Source of the DNA: Pristiophorus japonicus
Lineage: Eukaryota
DNA: 64,000 nt
Assembly (NCBI RefSeq): GCF_044704955.1
Contig: NC_091999.1
Location: forward strand, 23,312,001 to 23,376,000
Direction: 5' to 3'
A program made the translations under genes and the position numbers. Below, piece after piece: positions 36,301 through 50,447 of the stretch. The notes under the pieces were generated by a model. The model saw only the letters and a list, made by a program, of their open reading frames with translations. It made no database searches and had not been told where the DNA came from. The first letter of the stretch is position 1. The number at the start of each line of letters is the position of its first letter.

Positions 36301-37230
36301 CCGGTTAAAATGGAAATGGTAAGACTCAAACTAAAACCTGGAATATCCAGGATGTGCTTTATCAACAGAATATAAACGTGATCATCACCGTCCTTCCGAT
36401 TCTACAAGGACAAGCTGGAAGGCCGCCCCGAGGGGGCCCAGAAGCATTTAACCACAGCGGAGGGTACAACAACTACATAAAGCAGCCTCTAGGGGGCGGC
36501 ATCTAAGTGTCGGGAGCGTTTGTCTTGAAGCCATAAGATAAGTGTGTAAAAAATTTTACCTGAATATTGTAAACCAGGGGAATTAACCTTGGGAAATAGT
36601 TAAACCTGGAACAGAAGTAATGTTGTTATTTGACAATGTGTAGCATGAAATGTTACCTGTGAGCATAAATTAATCAGCCAGAAAAAATAACCACAAGACT
36701 AAAGCTTTGTAAATACGATTGCTAGACACAATCCTGAGAATATCTAGCGACACATCAGGAGCAAGGGAGTAACACAAGAAGCTGAGACACAAAGAAGGAA
36801 GACAGAGGAGATATACAGCGAATGACGTATTAACTTTAAAGGGACATCTCTAGTAGTTGCACCAGATATACAGGCGATCCAGGCAGGTGTAGAAAGTTTG
36901 AGGGGAACAACGGAGTTACTAATCAGGAAACAGGCCAGGATTGGGATAGAATCTTCAGAGTTAGGAACTAAAACATCCCAAAAAAATGCTAGAGCGTGTA
37001 GCCGTATTTGAAGGCCATGCACGAAAAATTAACGAGCAAAATAAGCAGGAATTGAGAGGACGATGCCGAGGACAGGAAAAGAGACACATGTCATGCTGAT
37101 GGGAGATGGATGATTGGTCAGGTGAGACACGATATGGATCAGATACAAACCGGGCGAGTTACAGGTACAATAAATAGCACCCAGTTGAAAGAAATGGCAC
37201 AGCACACTGGGCCATTAGATGCATGCACCC
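33337..37230 (+). mobile_element. Decayed endogenous retrovirus/LTR element (putative 5' LTR 33337-33809, gag-like, pol fragment, env-like)
   Basis: TG...CA segment then PBS; gag-like ORF 34166..34465 ending LYPTL; RT-thumb-like MPRPK...VLGFFSYCRNFV...AIAEPIQWLVKG near 36180-36300; furin-like RQRR at 36800 followed by TM-like sequence. Confidence 0.7.
33813..33830 (+). promoter_or_regulatory. Primer-binding site complementary to the tRNA-Ser 3' end
   Basis: TGGCGCAGTCAACAGGAT versus TGGCGTAGTCGGCAGGAT (15/18), 3 nt after the LTR-like CA. Confidence 0.72.
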
Positions 37231-37233
37231 TGA

Positions 37234-40200
37234 AACATAGAAACATAGAAACATAGAAAACGGTTGCAGAAATAGACCATTCGCCCCTTCGAGCCTGCAC
37301 CAACATTCAATAAGATCATGGCTGATCATTCAACTCAGTACCCCTTTCCTGCTTTCGCTCCATATCCCTTGATCCCTTTACCTTAAGGGCCATATCCAAC
37401 TCCCTCTTGAATATATCTGATGAACTGGCATCAACAACGTTCTGCAGAAGAGAATTCCACAGGTTAACAACTCTCTGAGTGAAGAAGTTTCTCCTCATCT
37501 CGGTCCTAAATGGCTTATTCCTTGTCCTTAGACTGTGACCACTGGATCTGAACTCCCCCAAAATCGGGAACATTCTTCCTGCATCGAGCTTGTCCAGTCC
37601 CATCAGAATTTTATATGTTTCTGAGGTCCCCTCTCAATCGTCTAAACTCCAGTGAATACAGACCCAGTCGATCCTATCTCTCCTCTGATGTCAGTCCTGC
37701 CATCCCGGAAATCAGTCTGGTGAACCTTCGCTGCACTCCCTCAATAGTAAGAACGTCCTTCCTCAGATTAGAACAAAACTGAATACATTATTCCAGGTGA
37801 GGCCTCACCTAGGCCCTGTACAGCTGCAACAACACCGCTCTGCTGCTATATTCAAATCCCCAAGATATGGGGCCAACATGCTATTTGCCTTCTTTCTGTC
37901 TGCTGCACCTGCATGCCAACCTTCAATGATTGATGTACCATGACACCCGGATCTCGTTGCACTTCCCCTTTGCCTAATCATCCGCCATTCAGATAACATT
38001 CTGCCTTCGTGTTTTTGCCACGAAAATGCATAACCTCACATTTATCGTTATTACACGACATCTGCCACGCAATTGCCCACTCACCTAACCTGTCCAAGTC
38101 ACCCTGCAGCCACTTAGCATCCTCCTCACATATCACAACGCCATCCAGCATCATGTCATCTGCAAAATTGGAGATATTAGACACAATTCCTTCATCTAAG
38201 TCATTGATGTACATTGTAAATTGCTGGGGACCCAGCACTAAGCCATGCGGCACCCAACTAATCATTGCCCGCCATTGCGAAAAGAACCCGTTTATCCCGA
38301 CTCTGTCAGCCAGTTCTCTATCCACATCAATACATTACCTCCAATGCCATGTGCTTTAATTTTGCACACCAACCTCTTGTGTGGGACCTTGTCAAAAGTC
38401 TTTTGTAAGTCCCACTACACCACATCCACTGGTTCTCCCTTGTCCGCTCTACTCGTTACATCCTCACAAAATTCTAAAAGATTTGTCAAGCATGATTTCC
38501 CTTTCATAAATTCATGCTGATTTGGACTGATCCTGATAGTGCTTTCCAAATGTGCTGCAATTTCATCTTTAATAATTGATTACAACATTTTCTCCACCAC
38601 TGATGTCAGGCTAACTGGTCTGTAATTACCTGTTTTCTCTCTCCCTTCTTTTTCAAAATATAGTGTTACTTTCGCTACCCTCCAGTCCATACGAACTGAT
38701 CGAGATTTGATGGACTGTTAGAAAATGATCACCAATGCATCCACTATTTCTCGGGCCAATTCCTTAAGTATTCTGGGATGCAGACCATCAGGCCCCGGGG
38801 ATGTATCGGCCTTTAGTCCCATCAATTTTCCGAACAAAATTTCCCACAAATAAGGATTTCCTTCAGTTCCTGCTTCTCACTAGCCCCTCGGCCACGTACT
38901 ATTTCCAGAAGGTTATGCGTGTCTTCCTTCGTGAATGCAGAGCCAATGTATTTGTTCAACTGGTCTACCATTTCTTTGTTCCCCATTATAAATTCACCTG
39001 AATCTGACTGCAAGGGACCTACGTTTGCCTTCACTAATCTTTTTCTCTTCACATATCTATAGAAGTTTTTATGTTCCCAGCAAGCTTCCTCTCATACTCT
39101 ATTTTCCTCCTCCGAATGAAACCCTTTGTCCTCCTCTGCTGAAATCTAAATTTCTCCCCGTCCTCAGGTTGATGCTTTTTCTGACCAATTTATATGCCTC
39201 TTCTTTGGATTTAACACTATCCTTAATTTCCCTTGTTAACCACGGTTGAGCCACCTTTCCCGTTTTATTTTTTACTCCAGACAGGGATGTCCAATTGTTG
39301 AAGTTCCTCCATGTGATTTTAAATGTTTTCCATTGCCTATCTGCCATCAACCCTTTAAGTATCATTTCCCAGTCTATTCTAGCCAATTCATGTCTCATAC
39401 CATCGAAGTTACCTTTCCTTAAGTTCAGGACCCCAGTCTCAGAATTAATTGTTTCACTCTCCACCTTAACAAATATTTCTACCTTATTATGGTTACTCTT
39501 CCCCAAGGGGCCTCACACAACAAGATTGCTAATTAGTCCTTTCTCATTACACGTCAACCAGTCTAGGATGGCCAGCCCTCCAGATGGTTCCTCGACATAT
39601 TGGTCAAGTAAACTATCCCGAATACACTCCAGCAAATCCTCCTCCACCGTATTGCTACCAGTTTGGTTAATCCAATCTATATGTAGATTAAAGTCACCCA
39701 TGATAACTTCTGTAGCTATATTGCACACATCCCTGCTTTCTTGTTTGATGCTGTCCCCAAACTCACTACTATTGTTTGGTGATACACAACTCCCACTAGC
39801 GTTTTCTTCCCTTTGATATTCCGCAGCTCCACCCACACAGAATCCAAGCGAATGTCCTTCCTTACTATTGGGTTAATTTCCTCCTCAACCAGCTGTGCCA
39901 CCCCACCTCCTTTTCCTTTCTGTCTATCCTTCCTGATTGGTGAATATCCCTGGATGTTGCGTTCCCAGCCTTCGTCACCCTGGAGCCATTTCTCTGTGAT
40001 GCCAATTACATCATATTCATTCATTGCTGCCTGTGCAGTTAATTTGTCCACCTTATTACGAATACTCCTCGCATTGAGGCACAGTGCCTTCAGGCTTGTT
40101 ATCTTAACACACCTTGTCCCTTTATAATTTGGCTGCAATGTGGCCCTTTTTGATTTTTGCCTTGGGTTTCTCTGCCCTCCACCTTTACTTTTCAGCCCCC

Positions 40201-40537
40201 ATTTTACTTCCCTCTGTCTCACTGCATAGGTTCCCATCCCACTGCCATATTAGTTTAACCCCTCCCCCTAACAACACGAGCAAACTCTCCCCCGTGGACA
40301 TTGGTTCTGTCCAGGTGCAGAGCGTCTGGTTTGCACTGGTCCCAGCTCCCCCTGAACCAGTTCCAATTTCCCAGGAAATTGAATCCCTCCATTCTGCACC
40401 ACACATTCATCTGAGCTATCCTGCGATTCCTACTCTGACTAGCAGGTGTCAGTGGTAGCTATCCTGAAATTGCTACCTTTTTGATGTTCTATTTGTTAAC
40501 TTAGCTCCAGGATCCCTAAATTCAGCTCGTAATTCCT
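37234..40537 (-). mobile_element. CR1 LINE (ORF1 end, APE, RT, tail), decayed
   Basis: CLNARSIRNK, GDFN and RT motifs; (CATAGAAA)n tail at 37234. Confidence 0.93.
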
Positions 40538-40723
40538 CAGACTCAAACACAAACACATTAAGAGCTCTCTTAAGACAGAGAGTGAGAGGCACAGAAACAT
40601 TGCATAATCCCATTTCTTTGTCAGTTGAGAATGTTGTAAAGTTATCGACATGAACAGATTCAACAGAATACATTTGCGTATTACTGAGCAGGATGGGAGG
40701 AAATCGGATTTAATTTAAAGATT

Positions 40724-40806
40724 TACCAGGAGTGGGGTTCGAACCCACGCGGCTATACACCCATTGGATTTTACGCCCCACGCCTAAACCACTCGGCCAT
40801 CCTGGT
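40724..40806 (-). pseudogene. tRNA-Leu(TAA), degenerate
   Basis: Acceptor and T arms intact, anticodon TAA, anticodon-stem mismatches. Confidence 0.87.
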
Positions 40807-41233
40807 TTTGTCAGTATTCGGATTTTGTCTCTGTGAGAATCTGGACTGCAGCTCCACTCTCACAGACATCGGTTTTCAATGAGCATTTTCAAACATTTAT
40901 AGTAATATTGACACAGGGGCAACTCTCCTATTCTTTTTCCAGTAATGCTCTGGGAACTTTCACATCTACCCGAGGGTGCAGACGGAGCTTCAATTTAACA
41001 TTTCATCCGAAAGTCAACAGCTTCAACAATGCAAAATTGCCCAAGTACTGCATTTGAGCGTCAGCCAAGATTATATGTTCAAGTCTCAAGAGTTGGACTG
41101 ACACACACAACCTCCTGATTCAGCCGAGAATGCTGCCACTGAACCAAAGCTCACATCCGTATTACTTTCCACAAGTCTTTTTCGAAAGTTCCAGGACATT
41201 TTGAAGCAATATTCAACATTTTGAAAAAGTTCC

Positions 41234-41305
41234 ACACTCGTCAAGGTATTGAACCCCGACATCACGCGTGACAGGAAGGGATACTAACTACTACACTAAC
41301 GAGGA
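41234..41305 (-). pseudogene. tRNA-Asp pseudogene
   Basis: GTC loop and TCCTCGTTAG 5' end retained; 3' half decayed. Confidence 0.8.
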
Positions 41306-42030
41306 ACTGACGGGCATTTGTTTTGTCAGAGCAGGAATCGAGCTGTGAACAGAACTGGACACCATGAGAAGTCGACAGGCACTTTGAGAGACAGAGACTT
41401 CCGACAAACAGGGAGAGACAGACAGCGAGATAGAGACAACGCGAGACAGAAAGTATGAGACTGAGAAGGAGAGGCAGACTAAGTGAGAAAAAGACTCAAA
41501 CACACACATATACAGAGATGTGTGTGTATGTGCTCTTTAAAGAGAGAGAGGGAAAGAGTGAGAGAAAGACAGTGACAAAGACAGTGACAAAGAGAGAGAC
41601 AGAGAAAGAGTGAGCGACAGATAGAGAGATAGACAGAGATAGAAACAGAAAATGATGGAAATACTCAGCAGGTTAGAGGCAGTAACTAACAGAGACAGGC
41701 AAAGAGAGAGACAGGTAGAGACATGGACAGACAGAGATGATGGGAATGAGAGCGACAGTCAGACAGAGAGACTGAGTGAATCCCATTGGAACAGAACTGG
41801 ACATCGTGAGAAAGAGACAGATACGTTGAGAGACAGGGAAACAGGGAGAGACAGACAGAGAGAAAGAGACAAAGAGAAACAGAGACTTTGAGACTGAGAT
41901 GGAAGGTCAGACTGAATAACAGAAAGACTCAAACACATACATATACAGAGATGTGTTTGTGTGCTCCATAAAGAGAGAAAGGCAAATAGTGATGGAATGG
42001 CAGGCACAAAGACTGGAACAAAGAGAGAGA

Positions 42031-44436
42031 CAATTCATAGAATGCATACGGGACTGTTTCTTAGAACAGTATGTAACAGAGCCTAAAAGGGAGCAAGCCA
42101 TCTTGAATCTGGTCCTTACTAATGAGACAGGAAAAATAAACGATCTCCTCGTAAAAGATCCTCTCGGCATGAGTGATCACGATATGGTTGAATTTGTAAT
42201 ACAGATTAAGGATGAGGAAGTTGTATCAGAAACGAGGGTACGATGCTTAAACAAAGGGGACTACAGTGGGATGAGGGCAGAGTTGGCTAAAGTAGACTGG
42301 AAACAAGGACTAAACAGTGGCACAATTGAGGAACAGTGGAGGACATTTAAGTAGCTCTTTCATAGTGCGCAAAAAAAATATATTCCAGTGAAAAAGAGGG
42401 GAGGCAAGAGAAGTGATAACCAGCCATGGATAACCAAGGAAATAAAGGAGAGTATCAAATTAAAAACCAATGCGTATAAGGTGGCCAAGGTTAGTGGGAA
42501 ACTACAAGATTGGGAAAATTTTAAACGACAGCAAAGAATGACTAAGAAAGCAATAAAGAAAGGAAAGATAGATTACGAAAGTAACTGGCGCAAAATATAA
42601 AAACAGATAGTAAAAGCTTTTACCGATATATAAAACGAAAGAGAGTGACGAAAGTAAATGTTGGTCGCTCAGAAGATGAGAAGGGAGATTTAATAATGGG
42701 AAATGTGGAAATGGCTGAGACATTAAACAATTATTTTGTTTCCGCCTTCACAGTGGAAGACACAAAAACAAAGCCAAAATTTGCAGGCCACAGGAATGTG
42801 GGAAGGGAGGATCTAGAGACAATCACTATCACTGGGGGAGTAGTGCTGGACAGGCTAATGGGACTGACGGTAGACAAGTCCCCTGGTACTGATGAAATAC
42901 ATCCCAGTGTATTAAAAGAGATGGCTGAAGTTATAGCAGACGCATTCATTATAATCTACCAAGATTCTCTGGACTCTGGGGAGGTACCAGCGGATTGGAA
43001 AGCAGCTAATGCAACGCCTCTGTTTAAAAAACGGGGCAGGCAAAAGGCAGGTAACTAAAGGACGGTTAGTTTAACATCTGTAGTGGGGAAAATGCTTGAA
43101 ACTATCATTAAGGAAGAAATAGCGGGACATCTAGAAAGGAATAGTGCAATCAAGCAGACGCAGCATGGATTCATGAAGGGGAAATCATGTTTCACTAAAA
43201 TACTGGAATTCTTTGAGGATATAATGAGCATGGTGGATAGAGGTGTACCGATGGATGTGGTGTATTTAGATTTCCAAATGGCATTCGATAAGGTGCTTTA
43301 CAAAAGGTCACTACAGAAGATAAAGGTACGCGGAGTCAGAGGAAATATATTAGCATGGATAGAGAATTGGCTGGCGAACAGAAAGCAGAGTGTCGGTCTA
43401 AATGGGTCCTTTTCTGGTTGGAAATCAGTGGTTAGTGCTGTGCCACAGGGATCAGTGCTGGACCATAACTGTTTACAATATACATAGATGACCTAGAAGA
43501 GGGGACAGAGTGTAGTGCAACAAAATTTGCAGATGGCACTAAGGTTAGTGGGAAAGCGGGGTGTGTAGAGGACTCAGAAAGACTGCAAGGAGATTTGGAT
43601 AGGTTAAGCGATTGCGCTAAGGTTTGGGAGATGGAATACAATGTCGGAAAGTGTGAGGTCATCCACTTTGGGAAAAAAAAACAATAAAAGGGAATATTAT
43701 TTGAATGTGGAGAAATTACAACATGCTGTGGTGCAAAGGGACCTGGGGGTCCTTGTGCATGCATTCCAAAAGCGAATGGAATATTGGCCTTCATTGCGAA
43801 AGGGATGGAGTACAAAAGCAGGGAGGTCTTGCTGCAACTGTATAAGGTATTGGTAAGGCCGCACCTGAGTACTGCGTGCAGTTTTGGTCACCTTACTTAA
43901 GGAAGGATATACTAGCTTTGGAAGGGGTACAGAGACGATTCACTAGGCTGATTCCAGAAATGAGGGGGTTACCTTATGATGATAGATTGAGTAGACTGGG
44001 TCCTTACTCCATGGAGTACAGACGGATGAGGGGTGATCTTATAGAAACATTTAAAATCATGAAAGGGATAGACAATATAGAGGCAGAGAGATTGTTTCCA
44101 CTGGTCAGGGTGACTAGAACTAGGGGGCACAGCCTCAAAATACGGAGGTGTCAATTTAAAACCGAGTTGAGAAAAAATTTCTACTCCCAGAGGTTTGTGT
44201 ATCTGTGAAATTCTCTGCCAAGGAAGCAGTTGAGGCTAGCTCATTGAATGTTTTCAAGTCAAAGATAGATAGATTTTTAATCAATAAGGGAATTAAGGAT
44301 TACGGGGAGAGGGCGGGTAAGTGGAACTGAGTTCACGACCAGATCAGCCATGATCTTATTGAATGGCGCGGCAGGCTCGAGGGGCTAGATGGCCTACTCC
44401 TGTTCCTAACTCTTATGTTCTTATGTTCTTATGTTC
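42031..44436 (+). mobile_element. CR1 LINE (APE C-terminus, RT, (TTCTTATG)n tail) inserted in the tDNA spacer
   Basis: SDH and RT motifs; the spacer resumes after the tail (agagagac|aaag). Confidence 0.93.
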
Positions 44437-44489
44437 AAAGGGGGAGACAGATAGAGAGAAAGACAGATATAGAGAGAGATAGAGACAAT

Positions 44490-46453
44490 AATTCGGTTCT
44501 GTCTTTACAAAGGAAGATACAAAAAACCTTCAAAATGTACTAGGGGCCTGTGAGTCTAGTGAGAATGAGGAACTGAATGATATCCTTATTGGCGGGAAAT
44601 TGTGTTCGGGAAATTGATGGGAATCAAGGCCGATAAATCCCTGGGTCCTGATAGTCTGCATCCCAGAGTACTTAAGGAAGTGGCCCTAGAAATAGTGGAT
44701 GCATTGGTGATCATTTTCCAACAATCTATCGACTCTGGATCAGTTCCTATGGACTGGAGGGTAGCTAATGTGATGGCACTTTTTTTTTAAAAGGAGGGAG
44801 AGAGAAAGCGGGTAATTATAGACCAGTTAGCCTGACATCAGTAGTGGGTAAAATGTTGGAATCAATCATTAAGGATGATATAGCAGCCCATTTGGAAAGC
44901 ACTGACAGGATCGGACCGAATCAGCATAGATTTATGAAAGTGAAATCATGCTTGAGGAATCTTCTGGAATTTTTTGAGGATGTAACTAGTAGAGTGGACA
45001 AGAGAGAACCAGTCGATGTGGTGTATTGGGATTTCAATAGGCTTTTGACAAGGTCCCGCACAAGAGATTGGTGCACAAAATCCAAGCGCATGATATTGGG
45101 ATTAATGTACTGACCTGGATAGAGAACTGGTTGGCAGACAGGAAGCAGAGAATCTGGATAAACAGGTCATTTTCAGAAATGCTGGCAGTTACTAGTGAGG
45201 TGCCGCAGGGCTCAGTGCTGGGACCCCAACTCTTTACAATATACATTAACGATTTGGTTGAAGGAATAGAGTGTAATATCTCCAAGTTTGTGGATGACAC
45301 TAAACTGGGTGGTGGTCGGAGCTGTGAGGAGGATGCTAAGAGGCTGCAGGGTGACTTGGACACGTTAGGTGAGTGGGAAAATATATGGCAGATGCAGTAT
45401 AATGTGGATAAATGTGAGATTATCCATTTTGGGTCAAAAACACGAAGGCGGAATATTATCTGAATGGCGGCAGCCTAGAAAAAGGGGAGGTGCAACGAGA
45501 CCTGGGTGTCATGGTTCATCAGTCACTGAAAGTGGGCACGCAGGTACAGAAGGCGGTAAAGAATGCAAATGGAAAGCTGGCCTTCATAGCTAGAGGATTT
45601 GAATAAAGGAGCAGGGAGACCTTACTGCAGTTGTACAAGGCCTTAGTGAGGCCAGACCTGGTATATTGTATTCAGTTTTGGTCTCATAGTCTGAGGAAGG
45701 ACGTTCTTGCTATTGAGGGAGTGCAGCAAACCAGTTGCCAAACAGTTCTCTATTCACGTCAGTACATTAATCCCAATACCATGCACTTGGACTTTGTGCA
45801 CCAAACTCTTGTGCGGGACCTTGTCAAAAGCCTATTGAAAGTCCAAATACACCACATCCACTGGTTCTCCCTTGACACTCTACTCGTTACATCCTCACAA
45901 AATTCCAGAAGATTCATCAAGCATGATTTCCCTTTCATAAATTCATGCTGACTCGGTCCGATATTGTCAACAGACTGATTCCAGGGATGGCAGTACTGTC
46001 ATATGAGGAGAGATTCGATCAACTGTGCCTTTATTCACTGGCGTTTAGAATGATGAGAGGGGATCTCATAGAAATATATAAGATTTTGACGGGCCTGTAC
46101 AGGTTAGATGCGGGAAGAAAGTTCTCGATGTTCGGGAAGTCCAGAACTAGGGGACATAGTCTTAGGATAAGGGGTAGGCCATTTAGCACTGAGATGAGGA
46201 GAAACTTCTTCACTCAGAGAGTTGTTGACCTGTGGAATTCCCTGCCGCAGAGAGTTGTTGATGCCAGTTCATTGGATATATTCAAGAGGGAGTTCGATAT
46301 GGCCCTTACGGATAAGGGGGTGAAGGGGTATGGAGAGAAAGCAGGAAAGGGGAACTGAAGGAATGGTCAGCCACGAACATATTGAATGGCGGCGCAGGCT
46401 CGAGGGGCCTAATGGCCTAATCCTGCAGCTATTTTCTATGTTTCTATGTTTCT
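44490..46453 (+). mobile_element. CR1 LINE with an internal inverted duplication
   Basis: RT motifs and (TTTCTATG)n tail; 45736-45969 is the reverse complement of 44903-45136. Confidence 0.92.
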
Positions 46454-46871
46454 AAAACTGAAAATGATGAAAATACTCATCAGGTTAGAGACAGGGACAA
46501 AGTGAGACAGGCAAAGACATGGGCAGAGATGATGGGAAAGAGAGAGACAGTCAGACATAGAATCTGAGAGAATCTTTTTGGAACAGACGTGGGCACCGTG
46601 AGAAAGAGACAGGTTGAGAGACAGAGACAAACAGAAAAACAGGCACAAACAGAGTGAGTCAGGGAGAGGCAGACTCAGACTCAAGCACACAAACACATGC
46701 ACAGTTCTCTAAAGACAGAAAGGCAGAGACTGAGATACACAGATACATTTCACAATTTCATTTCATGATCGGCTCAGAATGTCACAGAGCAACAGAAAAT
46801 TGTTGATTCTGCAGATGAAACTCAGGTATCACTGATCAGCATGGGGCAAAATCAGTGATACATTAAAGAGA

Positions 46872-46953
46872 TTCGAGGAGTGGGGACCGAACTCTCGTGG
46901 GAAAATCGAATTGAATTTTAAGGCCAACGCCTTAACCACTCGGCCAGCCTGGT
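46872..46953 (-). pseudogene. tRNA-Leu(TAA) pseudogene
   Basis: Aligns to the Leu unit copy; B box damaged. Confidence 0.8.
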
Positions 46954-47706
46954 CCTTCCAGTGTTTCGATTCTGTCTCTGTGAGAATCTGGGCTTCAACT
47001 CCACCCCACAGACACACAAACACACCGGGTTTCAGTGAGCATTTAGGAACATTTTTAGTAATATTGACACGGGGGCAACTCTCCTATTCTTTTTCGAGTA
47101 ATGCTGTGATCCACCCGAGGGTGCAGACGGAGCTTTAATTTAAAATATCTTCCGAAAGTCAACAGCTTCAACAATGCAAAATTCCCCAAGTACTGCACTT
47201 AAGTGTCTGCCAAGATTATCTGCTCAAGTCTCAGGAGTGGGACTGAAACACACAAACTCCTGATTCAGTCGAGAATACCGCCACTGAACCAAAGCCGATA
47301 CCAAAGTTCACAACCCTATTATTTTCATCAAATCTTTTTAAGAAGTTCCATGACATACCAAATTCATGGTGATGATTTATACAGACAGTTGCACATACAC
47401 AGATATATATATATATATACAGATAGACAGACACAGACAAACACACACATAAGCAAAAATATACTCGCAACAACGGACAAGGACAGATGTCTTAGACATC
47501 GAGAGGGATAGCCAGGCTGAATCACTGTCGCAACTTTGGCTGATTTTTGCGTTTTTCTATACGAAAGTATCGTGAATATTGCAGTTTAATAAAATGATTT
47601 AAAAAATCACAGTTTTGAAAGGTGTGGGACGTTATTCCATCTATCTTAGGATGAGTTTTGCAGAGACCTGGTTAAATTGTGAAATGGAATGAAAAATGCT
47701 GAGAAT

Positions 47707-47788
47707 CGTAGTCGGCAGGTTTCGACCTTCAGCGGAAAAATACGATGGATTTTCTAGTTTATCGCTGCAACCTCTTGGCCACGACTAC
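47707..47788 (-). pseudogene. tRNA-Ser pseudogene
   Basis: Acceptor arms GTAGTCG/CGACTACG retained; interior decayed. Confidence 0.82.
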
Positions 47789-47974
47789 TGACTCATTAGT
47801 TCTTTAAATGTAACTCAGATAAAACTCAATCATCCACCTCTCTGCAGCAGATGACACAGAATTCTGAAAAAATCTCCTCTTCCTATTTTTTTACTATTCT
47901 GCATTGCACTGGAACTTTTTAATATGAATCTATACCAAGAAAAAGAAGTAAAATCCTACATTTTGAAAAAGCTT

Positions 47975-48046
47975 CCTGTCCGTTGGAGAATTGAAACCCT
48001 GTCTTCTACATAACAGGCCGGGATACTAAGCACTGTACCAACGAAT
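47975..48046 (-). pseudogene. tRNA-Asp pseudogene (heavily decayed)
   Basis: Positional and sequence homology to the Asp copies. Confidence 0.65.
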
Positions 48047-48790
48047 GTGGGTTTAGTCAAAGCAGGAATCGAACTGTGAAGAAAACTGGACTCCATGAGA
48101 AGTAGCGAGACACATTGAGAGACAGAGACAAACCGACAAACAGGGAGAGACAGACAACGAGATAGAGAGAACGAGAGACAGAAAGTGTGAGACTCAGAAG
48201 GAGAGGCAGACGCAGTGAGAAAAAATCTCAAACACATACATATACAGAGATATGTGTGTGCTCCATAAAGAGAGAGAGGGAAAGAGTGAGACAAAGGCAG
48301 TGTTAATGACAGTGACAAGGACAGAGACAGATAGAGAGAGAGCGACAGATAGAGAGAGAGACAAAGATATAAACAGACAATGATGGAAATACTCAGCAGG
48401 TTAGAGACAGGAACTAACAGCCTCAGGCAAAGAGATACAGACAGGCAGAGGCATAGACAGACAGAGATGATGGGAAGGAGAGAGACAGTCAGACAGAGAG
48501 ATTGAGAGAATCCCATTCGAACAGAACTGGACACCGTGAGAAAGAGACAGACATATTGAGAGACAGAGACAAACAGGGAAACAGGGAGAGACAGACAGCG
48601 AGATAGAGACAGAGATAGACAGAAAGTTTTAGACTGAGAGGGAGGGTCAGACTGAGTGAGACAAAGACTCAAATACTTACATACACAGAGATGTGTTTGC
48701 GTGCTCCATAAAGAGAGGGAGGCAAATAGTGATGGAATGACAAGAAAAAGACAGAGACAAAGAGGGAGACAGATATAGAGAAAGACAGAT

Positions 48791-48823
<33 letters not shown>

Positions 48824-49138
48824 TAGAAATAAAAACAGAAAATGATGGAATGACTCATCAGGTGAGAGACAGGGACCAACACAGACAGGTAAAGAGAGAG
48901 ACGGTCAGACAGAATCCCTTTGGAACAGAATTGGACACAGTGAGAACGAGACAGAGGCAGACTTCGAGCGACGAAGACTCAAACACATACACAGCTTTCG
49001 AAAGAGAGAGGTGGAGACTGAGCGACGCAGATACATTTCATTATCTGCTCAGAGTGTCACCGAAACATGCACATGCAACAGAGGTAAATCGGGTAACACT
49101 GAGCAGCATGGGAAATAATCTCTGTTTAATTAAACAAT

Positions 49139-49221
49139 TACCAGTAGTGGGGTTCGAACCCGCACAGTTATAAATCCATTGGATTTTAAGTCCAACACCT
49201 TAACCACTCGGCCATCCTGGG
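49139..49221 (-). pseudogene. tRNA-Leu(TAA), degenerate
   Basis: Anticodon arm TTGGA CTTAAAA TCCAA; acceptor mismatches. Confidence 0.83.
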
Positions 49222-49740
49222 CCTGGCAGAAACGGGCTTTGTCTCTGTCAGAATTTGGGCTTCAACTCCACCCCCACAGACACACACATACACAGAGGGT
49301 GTAAGGGAGCATTTTCGAACATTTTTCGTGATATTGACACGGGGGCAACTCTCCTATTCTTTTTCGAGTAATGCTCTGGGACCTTTCACAGCCATCCGAG
49401 GGTGTAGGCGGAGCTTCAATTTTACATTTCATCCGATGGTCAACAGCCTCAACAATGCAAAATTCCCTAAGTACTGCATTTGAGTGTCAGCCAAGATGAT
49501 GCGCTCAAGTCTCAGGAGAGGGACTTACACACACGACCTTTTTAATGGAGCCACTGAAACAAAGCCGATACCAAAGATCACAACCGTATTATTTTCCCCA
49601 AGTTTTTTAAAATGTTCCAGGACATACCAAATTCTTGGTGATGATTTCCATAGAGAGTTGCACATACACAGAGATAGAGATACAGATAGACATACACAGA
49701 CACACACACACATAAAATAACCAAAAATATACACGCATTA

Positions 49741-50447
49741 ACATAGAATCATAGAAACATATAAATTAGTTGCAGGAGTAAGCCGTTGGCCCTTCGAGCC
49801 TGCACCACCATTCAATAAGATCATGGCTGATCTTTCAACCTCGGTACCTATATCCTCCTTTCTCTCCATATCCCTTGATCCCTTGAGCCGTAAGGGCCAT
49901 ATCTGACTCACTCTTCAATATATCTAACGAACTGGCTTCAACAACTTTCTGCGGTAGAGAATTCCACAGGTTACCCACTCTCTGAATGAAGCTGTTTCTC
50001 CTCATCTTGGTTCTAAATGGCTTACCGCTTATTCTTAGACTGTGACCCCTGGTTCTCGAACTCCCCAGCAACAGAAACATTCTTCCTGCCTCTCACGTGT
50101 CCAATCTCGTCAGAATTTTATATGTTTCTATGAGATCCCCTCTCATTCTTCTAAACTCCAGTGGATACCAGCAGAGTTGATCCAGTCTATCCTAATATGT
50201 CAGTCCTGCCATCCCTGGAATCAAGCTGGTGAACATTCGCTGCGCTCCATTAATAGCAAGGACGTCCTTCCTCAGATTTGGAGACCAAAACTAACAAAAT
50301 ATTTTACGTGTACAACTGCAGGAAGACTTCCCTGCTCCTATATTCAAATCCCCTAGCTATGAAGGCGAACATGCCATTTGCCTTCTTCACCGCCTGTTGC
50401 ACTTGCATGCCCACTTTCAATGACAGATGCAGCATGACACCCAGATC
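49741..50447 (-). mobile_element. CR1 3' fragment, passenger copy 1 in the tDNA unit
   Basis: Tail at 49741; 5' break at ...cacccagatc|aagata. Confidence 0.9.
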
